Assembly: GCF_963528195.1 (NCBI RefSeq) | Contig: NZ_CAURVN010000002.1 | Span: 3,902 to 67,901 of the forward strand | Direction: 5' to 3' | DNA length: 64,000 bases | DNA from: an uncultured Granulicatella sp. | GTDB taxonomy: Bacteria > Bacillota > Bacilli > Lactobacillales > Aerococcaceae | Part shown: one piece after another, positions 10,910-23,868 of the stretch | How positions within the stretch are numbered: position 1 is the stretch's first letter | Layout of the letters: each line of letters starts with the position of its first letter | The notes under the pieces: model-generated | What the model was told of the DNA's origin: nothing | Seen by the model: only the letters and a program-made list of their open reading frames with translations | Database searches by the model: none | Position numbers and translations under genes: made by a program

Positions 10910-11518
10910 TTATAATTCATCATCTTCTTCATCAAAATCACTATCTAACTCGTCATCATTAATAATTGATAAATCTTCATCTGCACTAACTTCTTCATCT
11001 AAGTCTTCGTCAGCACCTAATTCACTTAAATCTGAACGATATGCATCTAATTCTGTTTCTTCTTCATCATCTACATCATCGTCTAAGTCGATAACATCAT
11101 CATCTTCTTCGTCTTCTAACAAGCCATCTTCATCTTCTGGATCATCATCATTGTAATCGATAAGATCTTCTTCAGTTCCAAAGGCATTAACTTTTTTACG
11201 TTTTTTACGACGTTTTTTCAAGTCTTCATCATCCATTGATGAAACAATTTCTTCATCGATTGAATCAATTGGATACCATGAACGTAAGCCCCAACGGTTT
11301 TCTCCAAGTGAAATGAAGCTTCCATCAATATTTAAATCTGTATAAAAACGAGCCATGCGTGCTTCTAATTGCTCATCGCTTAACTCCATATATGATTGAA
11401 CTTCTACTAATAATTGATTAAAGTCCATCACTTCTTGTTTTACTTCCAAGATAGCATGCGCTACTTCAACCATTGATAATTCATTTTTGTTGATTCCATC
11501 CAGTGCTTTTAATTCCAA
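10910..11518 (-). CDS. rpoE: DNA-directed RNA polymerase delta subunit
   Basis: FYTDLNIDGSFISLGENRWGLRSWYP core plus a long Asp/Glu tail. I prefer the TTG start giving MELKALDG over the track's start at 11527. Confidence 0.9.
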   Translation of the reverse strand: MELKALDGINKNELSMVEVAHAILEVKQEVMDFNQLLVEVQSYMELSDEQLEARMARFYTDLNIDGSFISLGENRWGLRSWYPIDSIDEEIVSSMDDEDLKKRRKKRKKVNAFGTEEDLIDYNDDDPEDEDGLLEDEEDDDVIDLDDDVDDEEETELDAYRSDLSELGADEDLDEEVSADEDLSIINDDELDSDFDEEDDEL

Positions 11519-11580
11519 AGGATACACTTCCTTTCCACATATTCCTTAACAGTATAGCACACAAAAGCTATAATACGCTA

Positions 11581-11991
11581 CTATTGCACAATGTTTTCTT
11601 TAAGAATTTCCATATTTACTGTAAATTCTCCTAAATTTTCTCCTAATTGAGATAATTGGTATTCAAAAGAAATTTGTTTCCAGTCAGATGAAACTTCTAC
11701 ATTCTTCGTTTTAATCTCAAATAAAATTTCTTGACCTTGCGCTAATTGATAACGTCCCTTTGTTTTCTTTTGATGTTGAAACAGTAATTGACTAGCTACT
11801 TCTCCTTTACGGAATAATTGAATTTCTCCATTAGATACTAACAAATCAACTTTTGTCTGTGTTTCTTTTTCTTGATACGACAATGCTAATTGTTTGTTTT
11901 CAATTTTCCATTCAATGGATTCAATCGGGGCTTCTAATTCCGTTTGTAAAGATTCTCCGGCTTGAATAATTTTTGTATGAACTCGAATCAT
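11581..11991 (-). CDS. DUF1934 (YwiB-like) protein
   Basis: Conserved position upstream of rpoE. Start MIRVH has a GGAGG RBS; the track start at 12009 lacks one. Confidence 0.75.
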   Translation of the reverse strand: MIRVHTKIIQAGESLQTELEAPIESIEWKIENKQLALSYQEKETQTKVDLLVSNGEIQLFRKGEVASQLLFQHQKKTKGRYQLAQGQEILFEIKTKNVEVSSDWKQISFEYQLSQLGENLGEFTVNMEILKENIVQ

Positions 11992-12136
11992 TTTAATACC
12001 TCCATTCATTCTTTATGAAAAAGAGAGAAGGAGTGAATAAAAGTCGGAAATTCCGTTTTCTATTCACCCCCAATGGTTATTTAACTGAACATATTATAGA
12101 AAATTCTCTTCTTGTACGTTTCAGTTCTCTCAGTTA

Positions 12137-13567
12137 TTAATATTTTGCTAATTCTTCTTGTAATAATTGGTTTACAATTCCAGGATTTGCTTTTCCTTTT
12201 GTTTGTTTCATAATTTGACCCACTAAGAAGCCAACTGCACGATCTTTACCATTTTTGAAGTCTTCAATAGACTGTGCGTTATTAGCTAACACATCTTGAA
12301 TAATTGGTAATAATTGTGATGGATCACTTAATTGAATCATACCATGTTTTTCAACAACTTGACGAGCAGTTCCGCCTTCTTCAGCTAATAATAAGAATAC
12401 TTTCTTCGCTAATTTAGAGCTGATTGTTCCATCTCCAATTAATTGAATCATTTCTGCTAAACTTTGCGGTGTTAATAATAGATCTTGTAATTCTAATTTT
12501 TTACTATTTAAGTGAGCAGAAATATCTCCCATTAACCAGTTAGAAGCTAATTTTGGATCGCTACCAGCTGCAACTGTTTCATCAAAGAAATCAGACATTT
12601 CTTTTGATAATGTTAAGACCATTGCATCATATTCTGGTAATCCAAATTCACGAATATAACGTTCACGACGAACGGTTGGCATTTCAGGAATTGATTGACG
12701 AACTTCTTCTACCCATTCATCTGAAATTTCTAAGTTTGGTAAGTCTGGTTCTGGGAAGTAACGGTAGTCACTTGAACCTTCTTTCACACGCATTAAAATT
12801 GTTTGTCCATTTGATTCATCAAAACGTCTTGTTTCTTGACCAATAACGCCACCACTACGTAATACTTGAGCTTGACGTACTTCTTCAAATGCTAAACCTT
12901 TACGTACATTATTGAATGAGTTTAAGTTTTTCAACTCTGTTTTTGTACCGAATTTTTCTTGGCCATAAGGACGTAAAGAAATATTCGCATCACAACGCAT
13001 TGATCCTTCTTCCATTTTCACATCAGATACGCCTGTAAACATAATAATTTGACGTAATGCTTCTAAGTAAGCATATGCTTCTTCAGGAGAACGCATATCC
13101 GCTTCAGATACAATCTCAATTAACGGAGTTCCTTGACGGTTTAAGTCTACATATGAGAATCCATCCGTTCCGTGAGTATTTTTACCAGCATCTTCTTCTA
13201 AGTGAACACGTTCGATACGGATACGTTTTGTTTTTCCTTCTACTTCAATATCAATCCATCCATCATGACCGATTGGGTAATCAAATTGAGAAATTTGATA
13301 CGCTTTTGGATTATCAGGGTAGAAATAGTTTTTACGGTCAAATTTTGTATGTTGTGAAATTTCACAGTTTAATGCTAATGCAGCACGCATTCCAAATTCA
13401 ATCGCACGTTTATTAATAACTGGAAGTACCCCTGGATAACCCCAGTCAATAACTGTTGTATTTGTATTTGGCTCTGCTCCAAAATGAGCTGGTGAAGGAG
13501 AGAAGATTTTTGAATCTGTTTTTAACTCTACGTGAACTTCTAGCCCAATAATTGTTTCAAAATTCAT
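12137..13567 (-). CDS. gatB: Asp-tRNA(Asn)/Glu-tRNA(Gln) amidotransferase subunit B
   Basis: Begins [15 protein letters not shown]. 476 aa, in the gatCAB order. Confidence 0.97.
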   Translation of the reverse strand: MNFETIIGLEVHVELKTDSKIFSPSPAHFGAEPNTNTTVIDWGYPGVLPVINKRAIEFGMRAALALNCEISQHTKFDRKNYFYPDNPKAYQISQFDYPIGHDGWIDIEVEGKTKRIRIERVHLEEDAGKNTHGTDGFSYVDLNRQGTPLIEIVSEADMRSPEEAYAYLEALRQIIMFTGVSDVKMEEGSMRCDANISLRPYGQEKFGTKTELKNLNSFNNVRKGLAFEEVRQAQVLRSGGVIGQETRRFDESNGQTILMRVKEGSSDYRYFPEPDLPNLEISDEWVEEVRQSIPEMPTVRRERYIREFGLPEYDAMVLTLSKEMSDFFDETVAAGSDPKLASNWLMGDISAHLNSKKLELQDLLLTPQSLAEMIQLIGDGTISSKLAKKVFLLLAEEGGTARQVVEKHGMIQLSDPSQLLPIIQDVLANNAQSIEDFKNGKDRAVGFLVGQIMKQTKGKANPGIVNQLLQEELAKY

Positions 13568-13580
13568 CTTATGTTCCTCC

Positions 13581-15038
13581 TTATACGTTTGCTTGTTTTA
13601 AGTAATAGTCATTTGCTTGTTCAAATGCAAATGCTGCTTGATAAATCGTTTGTTCTTGGAAGTAATTTCCGATTAATTGAATACCAATTGGTAATCCTTC
13701 GCTAGAGAATCCAGCAGGTACAGAAATCGCTGGAAGTCCTGCTAAGTTTACAGGAACTGTTAATAAGTCTGCCATATACATTTCAATTGGATCATCATTT
13801 CTTTCTCCAATTCCATATGCAGTAGAAGTCGTTACAGGTCCTAAAATTAAATCATAGTTTGCAAATACATTGGCAAAATCTTGTTTAATTAATGTACGAA
13901 CTTGTCCTGCTTTCTTGAAGTAAGCATCATAGTAACCAGAACTTAATGAAAATGTTCCTAACATAATACGACGTTTTACTTCCATACCGAATCCTTCTGT
14001 ACGGCTCATGATATATAAATCTTCTAAAGTTTTCGCTTCAGCTGAACGGTGTCCATAACGAATACCGTCAAAACGTTGTAAGTTAGAAGATGCTTCTGAA
14101 GAAGCAATAATATAATATGCAGGAATACCGTATTTAGAATGAGGTAAGCTCACTTCTTCTACCGTTGCTCCTAATGCACGATATTGTTCAGCTGCTTTTA
14201 AGACTGCTTTACGAATTTCAGGATCAATTCCATCCCCTAAATATTCTACTGGTAAAGCAATTTTTAATCCTTTAATATTGCCATTAATTTGTTGGTAATA
14301 ATTTGGAACAGGTACATTTACACTTGTAGAATCACGGTAATCATATCCACTGATCGCTTCTAATACTAATGCATTATCTTTAACCGTACGAGTTAATGGT
14401 CCAATTTGGTCTAAGCTTGATGCAAAGGCAATTAATCCATAACGAGATACACGGCCATAAGTTGGTTTCATTCCGACAATCCCTGTAAAACTTGCCGGTT
14501 GACGAATCGAACCACCTGTATCAGAACCTAAAGTGGCTAATACTTCTCCAGCTGCTACAGCTGCTGCAGAACCACCTGAAGATCCACCAGGAACTTTAGT
14601 TAAATCCCAAGGATTTCTAGTTTTCTTGAAATAAGAATTTTCTGTCGAACCACCCATGGCAAATTCATCCATATTTAATTTTCCGACATTAACAGCCCCT
14701 GTTTTTTTCAATAAGTCCATTACCTGCGCATCATAAATTGGATTGAAATCTTCCAACATACGACTTGCAGCTGTTGTGATTAAATCACGAGTTACAATAT
14801 TATCTTTAATTCCGATTGGTAAACCTTGAAGAGAAAGAGCTGAATCATAACCTTTTTCGTCAGCAGCTTTTGCTTGAGCCATTGCTTCTTCTTCATTTAG
14901 AGCTAAGAAAGCTCCAACTTTATCATCTACTGCTTGAATTTTTTCAAATGTTGCACTAGTTAATTCTTGAGAAGTAAATTTCTTTTGAACTAAACCTTCA
15001 TGCAAGCTTACTAATGTTTGATTTTCTAATAAACTCAT
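13581..15038 (-). CDS. gatA: Asp-tRNA(Asn)/Glu-tRNA(Gln) amidotransferase subunit A
   Basis: Amidase signature [14 protein letters not shown]. 485 aa. Confidence 0.97.
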   Translation of the reverse strand: MSLLENQTLVSLHEGLVQKKFTSQELTSATFEKIQAVDDKVGAFLALNEEEAMAQAKAADEKGYDSALSLQGLPIGIKDNIVTRDLITTAASRMLEDFNPIYDAQVMDLLKKTGAVNVGKLNMDEFAMGGSTENSYFKKTRNPWDLTKVPGGSSGGSAAAVAAGEVLATLGSDTGGSIRQPASFTGIVGMKPTYGRVSRYGLIAFASSLDQIGPLTRTVKDNALVLEAISGYDYRDSTSVNVPVPNYYQQINGNIKGLKIALPVEYLGDGIDPEIRKAVLKAAEQYRALGATVEEVSLPHSKYGIPAYYIIASSEASSNLQRFDGIRYGHRSAEAKTLEDLYIMSRTEGFGMEVKRRIMLGTFSLSSGYYDAYFKKAGQVRTLIKQDFANVFANYDLILGPVTTSTAYGIGERNDDPIEMYMADLLTVPVNLAGLPAISVPAGFSSEGLPIGIQLIGNYFQEQTIYQAAFAFEQANDYYLKQANV

Positions 15039-15043
15039 GCGTC

Positions 15044-15343
15044 TTACTCCTCTCCTTCACCCATAATTGCAGGTACTTGGATAAATCCATCCTCGCTTGT
15101 TTTTACATTTCTCATTAACAAATCACGATCTGTTCCTTTTACCGGCACATCTTCACGTAAAACATTCACTAATGAATATCCATGAGTTGTAACTTCTACT
15201 CCTGTTGTATCCACTTCTTTTAATTGTTCTACCATATCGATGATATCACTCATTTGCTCTGTGAAATGTAAAATCTCATGATCTGCAAATGATAATTTCG
15301 CCAATTTTGCAACGTGACGTACTTCTGATTCTTCAATTGCCAT
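15044..15343 (-). CDS. gatC: Asp-tRNA(Asn)/Glu-tRNA(Gln) amidotransferase subunit C
   Basis: 99 aa, contains [12 protein letters not shown]. Immediately upstream of gatA. Confidence 0.95.
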   Translation of the reverse strand: MAIEESEVRHVAKLAKLSFADHEILHFTEQMSDIIDMVEQLKEVDTTGVEVTTHGYSLVNVLREDVPVKGTDRDLLMRNVKTSEDGFIQVPAIMGEGEE

Positions 15344-15411
15344 GACTGTTCCTCACTTTCTACTTTTCTTTCGTTTCTATTGTAAAAGGCACGTACCTTT
15401 TATGTCAATCT

Positions 15412-16530
15412 TTAATCAAAAACATGGTACGTAAACACACCTTGAGCTGTATCTTGCATTAAGAATGCTTCCATTCCATTAATCGATGAAATACGAACTT
15501 CTACTGGTGTTGTTTTAGGTAAATATTTATTGGCAACATCTGTTACATGTTGTGCTAAAGCAATAATTTCTGATTCCCCATAAAATTGAGTCATAATATT
15601 GACAACCATTTTTTTAGCAGCACCTTCTTGATAATAAACTTTTGCGGTTACTCCTGATAAATTTGGGAAGAAGTTTTGAACTTCTGTTCTAAAGTTTTCA
15701 AAAGCTGATGATTCTTCTGTTGGATTACCATCAATTAATGGTAATACTACAATTTTTTGATTCATATTTGTCCAATTTGTAATTTCAGTACCTTCTACTG
15801 AAGTAGCTTCTAAAATATAAACTCCTCCACCGATATCATCTTTAGGAGCTTGCTTAAAGACTCCAAACACAATCGGCACTGTCTTTAATGCATCATTTTG
15901 ACGCAAACGAGTCAACACCGTATTCGCAATCGATTTTGCTTGTTTTAACATCGCATCATTAGAAATTTCTTGCTCGGCATCTTTATCTCCTGCCGTGTAA
16001 TAATCTACCGTATTCATCGCAAGACCAATACTAATTCCACCTAATTCATAATTGTTTTCTGTTTGAATCATAAAATCTTGTTCTAAAATTTGAGCTAAAT
16101 AATATGGATTTCTCTTACTAGCGTCTGTCTCGCCATTATCTTCTGGATTTAACCCATCTGGATTTTTCTCAGATTTACGAGCGACCCATTGATTCGTAGT
16201 GGTAGAATCAATGACTTGTCCTTCTCTAAAGAAATATTGATTCGTTGGAAAAACTGCACGTGATAATTCAATTAATCCTGATTCAAAATTTCTTAAGTTA
16301 AATCCAGTATTTAAACTTAAAGTTGCTCCACGCGTTTTACTCACTTGATATCTTCCATTTGTAATTAATGCACGATAATACTGATTCGACAATTGATTTG
16401 TCGTTGATTGCACCACTTTTGAACGAGAAGATTCGGTTTCAACATTTTTTTGTGTTGCTTGATTAATATTCGCACACCCTGCTAATAACATCATTGTTGC
16501 ACCAGCTAAAGTGATGATTTTTTTCTTCAT
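15412..16530 (-). CDS. camS: CamS family sex-pheromone lipoprotein
   Basis: Lipobox LLAGC. Lies in the conserved ligA-camS-gatC synteny. Confidence 0.88.
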   Translation of the reverse strand: MKKKIITLAGATMMLLAGCANINQATQKNVETESSRSKVVQSTTNQLSNQYYRALITNGRYQVSKTRGATLSLNTGFNLRNFESGLIELSRAVFPTNQYFFREGQVIDSTTTNQWVARKSEKNPDGLNPEDNGETDASKRNPYYLAQILEQDFMIQTENNYELGGISIGLAMNTVDYYTAGDKDAEQEISNDAMLKQAKSIANTVLTRLRQNDALKTVPIVFGVFKQAPKDDIGGGVYILEATSVEGTEITNWTNMNQKIVVLPLIDGNPTEESSAFENFRTEVQNFFPNLSGVTAKVYYQEGAAKKMVVNIMTQFYGESEIIALAQHVTDVANKYLPKTTPVEVRISSINGMEAFLMQDTAQGVFTYHVFD

Positions 16531-16532
16531 AA

Positions 16533-18539
<2,007 letters not shown>

Positions 18540-20852
18540 TTACGACTCCTCTATTCTTTCAATTGGGGCAAAACTTGCTAATAATCGTTTAATACCCATT
18601 CCTGCAAAAGCTACATCAATTTCTTGATTCGTACCTTCCCCTGTCACTTTTACAACTGTTCCAACATTCCATTTTTTATGCATCACCTTGTCGCCAACTT
18701 TCCATACCGCTCCATCATTAGTAGCAACGGTTTGTTTACGTACTTGTCGAACGACTGATGGCTGGATGCTTGAAGGCTGAACTGCTTTTGGTTGATAAGC
18801 AGTTGCATGAGATTTCGCTCTATATTTGTCAAATAATGAACCCGAAGACGAAGTTTTCGAAGCAAATGAAGAAGACTCTCTACTTGTATAACTGTAAGAT
18901 TGCTGTTGTTTTGAATCAAATAAGTCTTCACCAATTTCTACAATGAATCTTGATGGACGGTTCGTTTGTGTACGTCCATATAACAATCTGGAGTATGCAT
19001 TTGTTAAAAATAATTTTTGTTCTGCACGAGTAATCCCTACATATGCTAAACGACGTTCTTCTTCCACATCGTCGCCATTCTCCATCATACTTCTTAAACT
19101 TGGGAAAATTCCTTCCTCTAATCCGATAATAAATACAACTGGAAACTCTAGCCCTTTAGCCGCATGAAGCGTCATTAATGTCACCATACGACCATCTCCA
19201 TCATCACTATCTGCATCAGAAACCAAAGATAAATCTGTTAAAAATTGTAATAATGGAGAATCTTCCGACTCTTTTTCTAAACGATCTTGTTCGAATTGTT
19301 TTGCCACCGAAATAAACTCTTGAATATTTTCAATTCTCGCATCAGCTTCCATTGTATGTTGTTGTTCTAAAGCAGCAAGATATCCTGTTTTCTCAATCAC
19401 TTGTTCTACAAATTCACTGATTGATAGAAATTCTTGCATTTTTCTCAAATCTTCAATCATTTCAGCAAATTTTTCTAAAGCTTTCGCTGCTTTCCCCGAT
19501 AAAGGAGAGATTGCTGTTTGCGAACTGGCTTCTAATAATGAAAATTGATGCATAGAAGCAAAATTACTTAATTTCTCTAAAGAAGTAGCGCCAACCCCTC
19601 TTTTCGGACTATTGACAATTCTTCTAAAGCTTAAATCATCTTGAGGATTTACAATTAAACGTAAATATGCTAATAAATCTTTAATTTCAAGTCTTTCGAA
19701 GAATCGTTGTCCTCCTACTAAACGGAATGGAATATTTGATTTTAATAAATTTTCTTCCATAACACGAGATTGCGCATTTGTACGATATAAAATGGCAAAA
19801 TCATCATAATGATAGCCATCTCTTAATAAACTTTGAATTTGCGACAATACATAACGTCCCTCATCTTGCTCCGATTGAGCACGGTAATACGTAATAGGTT
19901 GTCCTTCTTCGTTTTCAGTCCATAATTTCTTCACTTTACGATTAATATTATTTTCAATCACATGGTTAGCTGCTTGTAAAATCATTTTGGTAGAACGATA
20001 ATTTTGTTCTAATAAAACAACTTTTGCATTTTGATAATCTTTTTCGAATTCTAAAATATTACTCATGTCAGCACCACGCCAACCATAAATACTTTGGTCT
20101 GCATCCCCAACAACACAAATATTTTTGAATTTCTTCGCTAACATCGTTACTAGTCGATATTGTGCATGGTTCGTATCTTGATACTCATCCACATGAATAT
20201 ATTGGAATTTTTGTTGATAATAATGCAATGTTTCAGGATATTTTTGGAATAATTGTACCGTCAACATAATTAAATCATCAAAGTCCAATGTCATACTTTT
20301 TGCTAGTTCTTTTTGATATTCACGGTAACATTTCGCAATAATTTGTTCCACATATCCCGTATATTTTTTACTAAATTCTTCCACATCTTCTAAATCATTT
20401 TTTGCTTGACTAATACGATTTAAAATCATGCGATAATCATATTTTTCGCTATCAATATCTAATTTTTTTAAAATTCGCTTCATTGCCGTTTGTTGTTCAC
20501 TTGGGTCACAAATCGTAAAAGAACGTTGATAGCCTAATAATTCGATATCTCTTCTTAAAATACGCACACACATAGAGTGGAAAGTAGATACCCACATATC
20601 TTCAGCTTGCGAGCCAACTAATTGGCTTACTCGCTCTTTCATTTCACGTGCTGCTTTATTGGTAAAGGTAATCGCTAAAATATTCCAAGGATGAACCTCT
20701 TCTTCTGCTAAAATATACGCCATACGGTGTGTTAACACTCTTGTTTTCCCACTACCAGCACCTGCCATAATCAACAATGGGCCTTGAGTATGTTGAACTG
20801 CCTCTTTTTGACGTTCATTCATTCCTTCTAGTAATTTCGCCGAAATACTCAC
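18540..20852 (-). CDS. pcrA: ATP-dependent DNA helicase PcrA (UvrD family)
   Basis: AGAGSGKTRVLT Walker A, DEYQDT motif. 770 aa. Confidence 0.96.
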   Translation of the reverse strand: MSISAKLLEGMNERQKEAVQHTQGPLLIMAGAGSGKTRVLTHRMAYILAEEEVHPWNILAITFTNKAAREMKERVSQLVGSQAEDMWVSTFHSMCVRILRRDIELLGYQRSFTICDPSEQQTAMKRILKKLDIDSEKYDYRMILNRISQAKNDLEDVEEFSKKYTGYVEQIIAKCYREYQKELAKSMTLDFDDLIMLTVQLFQKYPETLHYYQQKFQYIHVDEYQDTNHAQYRLVTMLAKKFKNICVVGDADQSIYGWRGADMSNILEFEKDYQNAKVVLLEQNYRSTKMILQAANHVIENNINRKVKKLWTENEEGQPITYYRAQSEQDEGRYVLSQIQSLLRDGYHYDDFAILYRTNAQSRVMEENLLKSNIPFRLVGGQRFFERLEIKDLLAYLRLIVNPQDDLSFRRIVNSPKRGVGATSLEKLSNFASMHQFSLLEASSQTAISPLSGKAAKALEKFAEMIEDLRKMQEFLSISEFVEQVIEKTGYLAALEQQHTMEADARIENIQEFISVAKQFEQDRLEKESEDSPLLQFLTDLSLVSDADSDDGDGRMVTLMTLHAAKGLEFPVVFIIGLEEGIFPSLRSMMENGDDVEEERRLAYVGITRAEQKLFLTNAYSRLLYGRTQTNRPSRFIVEIGEDLFDSKQQQSYSYTSRESSSFASKTSSSGSLFDKYRAKSHATAYQPKAVQPSSIQPSVVRQVRKQTVATNDGAVWKVGDKVMHKKWNVGTVVKVTGEGTNQEIDVAFAGMGIKRLLASFAPIERIEES

Positions 20853-20878
20853 AAAGTCATCCTTTCTCTTGTTACATT

Positions 20879-21991
20879 CTAATCATGTAATCCACTTAAT
20901 TCTAATTCATTGACTAAATCCACACTTGAAGCCCCTGTTAATCGAATCACTCCGACTGCTTCCTCTAGATTTCCACCTTCAACTTGGAAATATTCAAATT
21001 CCCATTGAGGTTTTATCACTGTTAAAATATGCGCTTTCTCTAACATTTCTTGATAAATCGGAACAATTAACCCTTCTTCTATCAATCCACTTTCTAAAAC
21101 GCCCAATCCTGTTGCTAATCGTAAAACAATTTCACTAAATGATTGAGGAATTTGTCGTGCACTAAACTGATGTTGAAGAAATGGTAATTGATCCACTTTT
21201 GTCACATAAAAAATTCCACTTTTTGCCATTACTACTTGAATCGATACTAGAGTAGACCCTGAAATTGAACGCATTATTTTAGATGCAATCGTACGAAGCT
21301 CTCCAACCCATTCAGGATTCATTCGTTTAGACGCAATCGCATATTTTAATTTTCCATCTACATATACATCTTCCGTAATTGGTAAAATCGTAATGTGATC
21401 TTCATAATCCCGTAAAATCGTCATACTAAAGTGACGTTGACCGGGGACAAATGCTGTTACCATACAAGATTGTTCCTCTACTAGTTGGAACACTTGATCA
21501 TCCATATCATGATCATACAACATCATTTGCGTATATTTTTTTTTGAAACGATTCGTCTCTAATACAGCAGGAAATCCTATACTCGATAATAAGCTTGGTA
21601 ATTCCCCAATACTAGTAATCATTCCATAAGGCGCTACATTAATCGCATGTTCTTCCAAAAATAGTTTTTCAACCATACGATTTTGAGAAATCTCTGCTAA
21701 TTCAAACGATTGATAATAACGAGTTTTCCCACTTAAAGATACAATTGTATCAATTTCAATCGCATTTGTTAAAACATAAATCGTGTCCACTTGTACTGCA
21801 AAGTTTGATAATGCTTGTTTATCCGAATAACGAGCAATTACTTCTTTATCTGCTAATAAAACACGTGGTTCATCTTCTTCACGGAAATGATAAATACGAT
21901 ATCCTAATCGCTTCGCTATTAAAATAACCGATGCAATTTGAGAATCTCCACCAATAATTCCAATAATACTTCCTGGTAATAATTGACTCAT
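20879..21991 (-). CDS. PurK-like ATP-grasp family protein with degenerate catalytic motifs
   Basis: Overall PurK-like layout. It has GIIGGDSQIAS where I remember PurK having a GGGQLG-type motif, and I see no GGYDG.GQ-type loop. Confidence 0.6.
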   Translation of the reverse strand: MSQLLPGSIIGIIGGDSQIASVILIAKRLGYRIYHFREEDEPRVLLADKEVIARYSDKQALSNFAVQVDTIYVLTNAIEIDTIVSLSGKTRYYQSFELAEISQNRMVEKLFLEEHAINVAPYGMITSIGELPSLLSSIGFPAVLETNRFKKKYTQMMLYDHDMDDQVFQLVEEQSCMVTAFVPGQRHFSMTILRDYEDHITILPITEDVYVDGKLKYAIASKRMNPEWVGELRTIASKIMRSISGSTLVSIQVVMAKSGIFYVTKVDQLPFLQHQFSARQIPQSFSEIVLRLATGLGVLESGLIEEGLIVPIYQEMLEKAHILTVIKPQWEFEYFQVEGGNLEEAVGVIRLTGASSVDLVNELELSGLHD

Positions 21992-21998
21992 GTGTTTT

Positions 21999-22640
21999 CT
22001 ACTCCTTTACAGACTTTTCTTGAAGTTGATCATATTGTGCTAAATGATATGTTTCAATGACCGTAATAATTTTTTGTGCATAAGTTGGATCTGTAGCATA
22101 TCCTGCTTTTTGAAGGGCGTGTGCTGCTTCTTTATAATTTTTCGCTTTTAAAACTGGTTCATATAATTTTGGATTCCAATCCACTCCATAGGTCAATAAT
22201 TTAGCATGTGCTTCTACAGATTCTGCCCAACTATTATAAACTCGAAACGGGGCCATAATGGTAATCCATTGACCATTGACAAATTCACTCGTTTCTAATT
22301 GAACAGTCGGCTCTGCAGCACCTGCTTTCATCCCATATAAATTATAGTAATCCTTTGATAATCCACTTTCTCCCCAATCAGACTCTAATATAGCCTGAGC
22401 TAAACTAATACTGGGTAAGACTTTATATAATTGATAAGCTTTTTGAGAAGACGGGACAAGTTTTTGAATAAATTGTTGATGGGCAATTTCCGTAGGGTCT
22501 TGCCTTGTTTCTTGAAACTGTAATGTACCCATAATAATCACACTACAAAGAGCCACGAACACTAAAACGAATCCTAGTGTTAATCTCTTAGCTCCTAATT
22601 TCATATGCGATTTCCATTTGATTGATTTTCGTCTTCCCAC
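21999..22640 (-). CDS. membrane-anchored N-acetylglucosaminidase (glucosaminidase/FlgJ-like domain)
   Basis: LAQAILESDWGESGLSKDYYNLYGMK motif. The start is uncertain: GTG at 22640 or ATG at 22604. The track start at 22709 is probably too early. Confidence 0.8.
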   Translation of the reverse strand: MGRRKSIKWKSHMKLGAKRLTLGFVLVFVALCSVIIMGTLQFQETRQDPTEIAHQQFIQKLVPSSQKAYQLYKVLPSISLAQAILESDWGESGLSKDYYNLYGMKAGAAEPTVQLETSEFVNGQWITIMAPFRVYNSWAESVEAHAKLLTYGVDWNPKLYEPVLKAKNYKEAAHALQKAGYATDPTYAQKIITVIETYHLAQYDQLQEKSVKE

Positions 22641-22825
22641 AACAACACCACTTTCTATACATAACTCTAATTTTATCATAAACCTTAATTTTACGCTTGA
22701 ATTTTCCATGTTTTTTATAAAATTAATTACATTTTCAATCTGACTTTAATCGACACTCTTACTCGTTGTCGCTTTATGCATTTTATGATATGATATTCAA
22801 GAATTTTAACCAACGAGGTGAAACT

Positions 22826-23323
22826 GTGCCTAATCAACAACAAAATCCATTTCACATTGGACTCAGAACTTTTAAAACAGCAGTATCTGCATTTATCTGT
22901 ATTGTCCTTTTTAAAGTACTACATCGTGGATCACCCATGTTAGCTGTCTTGTCAACAGTTTTTAGTCTGAGAACAGACCATAGACAAACTTGGAAATTTG
23001 GTATCGCTCGTTTCTTTGGAAATATGTCAGGCGGTGTACTGGCTATTGTGCTCTTGCAATTATATAAATATTTTTCTCTACCAGATTATTTCGACTTAAT
23101 TCTGGTTCCTATTGGAATCATCCTACTAATTCTATTTTGCAATCGATTCAATAAAACAGCTGTGATTAATTCTTCAGCAACTTTCTTAGTGATCTTTTAT
23201 ACGATTGAAGCAGCCGTGAATGTAGAATATGCGATTCAACGAGTATTAGATACATTAATTGGAGCAGTCATTGCGATGATTGTCAATCGACTATTACCAA
23301 GCCCACATTTACAAGAAAAATAG
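22826..23323 (+). CDS. FUSC/aromatic acid exporter (ArAE_1-like) family membrane protein
   Basis: Contains HIGLRTFKTAVSAFICIV. GTG start at 22826 follows a GAGGTG RBS. Confidence 0.65.
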   Translation: MPNQQQNPFHIGLRTFKTAVSAFICIVLFKVLHRGSPMLAVLSTVFSLRTDHRQTWKFGIARFFGNMSGGVLAIVLLQLYKYFSLPDYFDLILVPIGIILLILFCNRFNKTAVINSSATFLVIFYTIEAAVNVEYAIQRVLDTLIGAVIAMIVNRLLPSPHLQEK

Positions 23324-23350
23324 AGCATTCCAAACGGAATGCTCTTTTTT
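23323..23350. terminator. bidirectional terminator between convergent genes
   Basis: GAGCATTCC-aaac-GGAATGCTC followed by TTTTTT. Confidence 0.8.
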
Positions 23351-23375
23351 GTCAACTAATTTTTCTATAAATTTT

Positions 23376-23609
23376 CTATTTCGGATAATAATTAATTCCA
23401 ATCCAGAAAACTCCAAATACAAGCACTAAAATACCGTTACACAATAGATAACGAGCAAAATTGCGACGATTAATATTAGAATTATCAAAACTATAATATA
23501 ACATCATCACAAAACCCACAATCGGAATTGCTACAAGAAGCCCATACCCAAAATATTCCCATGCACTTAATGGTCTATATTCAGGTGGTCCATCATAGTA
23601 ATTTTTATG
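23376..23609 (-). CDS. small two-TM membrane protein, function unknown
   Basis: Start MHKNYYDGPP is preceded by GGAGGAG; the track start at 23675 lacks an RBS. Confidence 0.6.
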   Translation of the reverse strand, partial: HKNYYDGPPEYRPLSAWEYFGYGLLVAIPIVGFVMMLYYSFDNSNINRRNFARYLLCNGILVLVFGVFWIGINYYPK

Positions 23610-23868
23610 CATTTTTTCTCCTCCATATTGTATCTTCAAAGCTATTATATCTTCTATTAATGAAATTTCAAACAATTTTATAAACCTTTTAATTCACCTT
23701 CATCATCAAACCCTTAATGATGAACAAAAAAGGCACCCCATACGGAGTGCCGTCAATAAATAGTCGAACGGAGTCGCACCGTCATCTCCTCTCTATTACT
23801 AGAAAGGCGTCTTCCTTTTTGAACTACTGCCCTATTTATTAATTTAATTGTACTATATTTACAACCTA

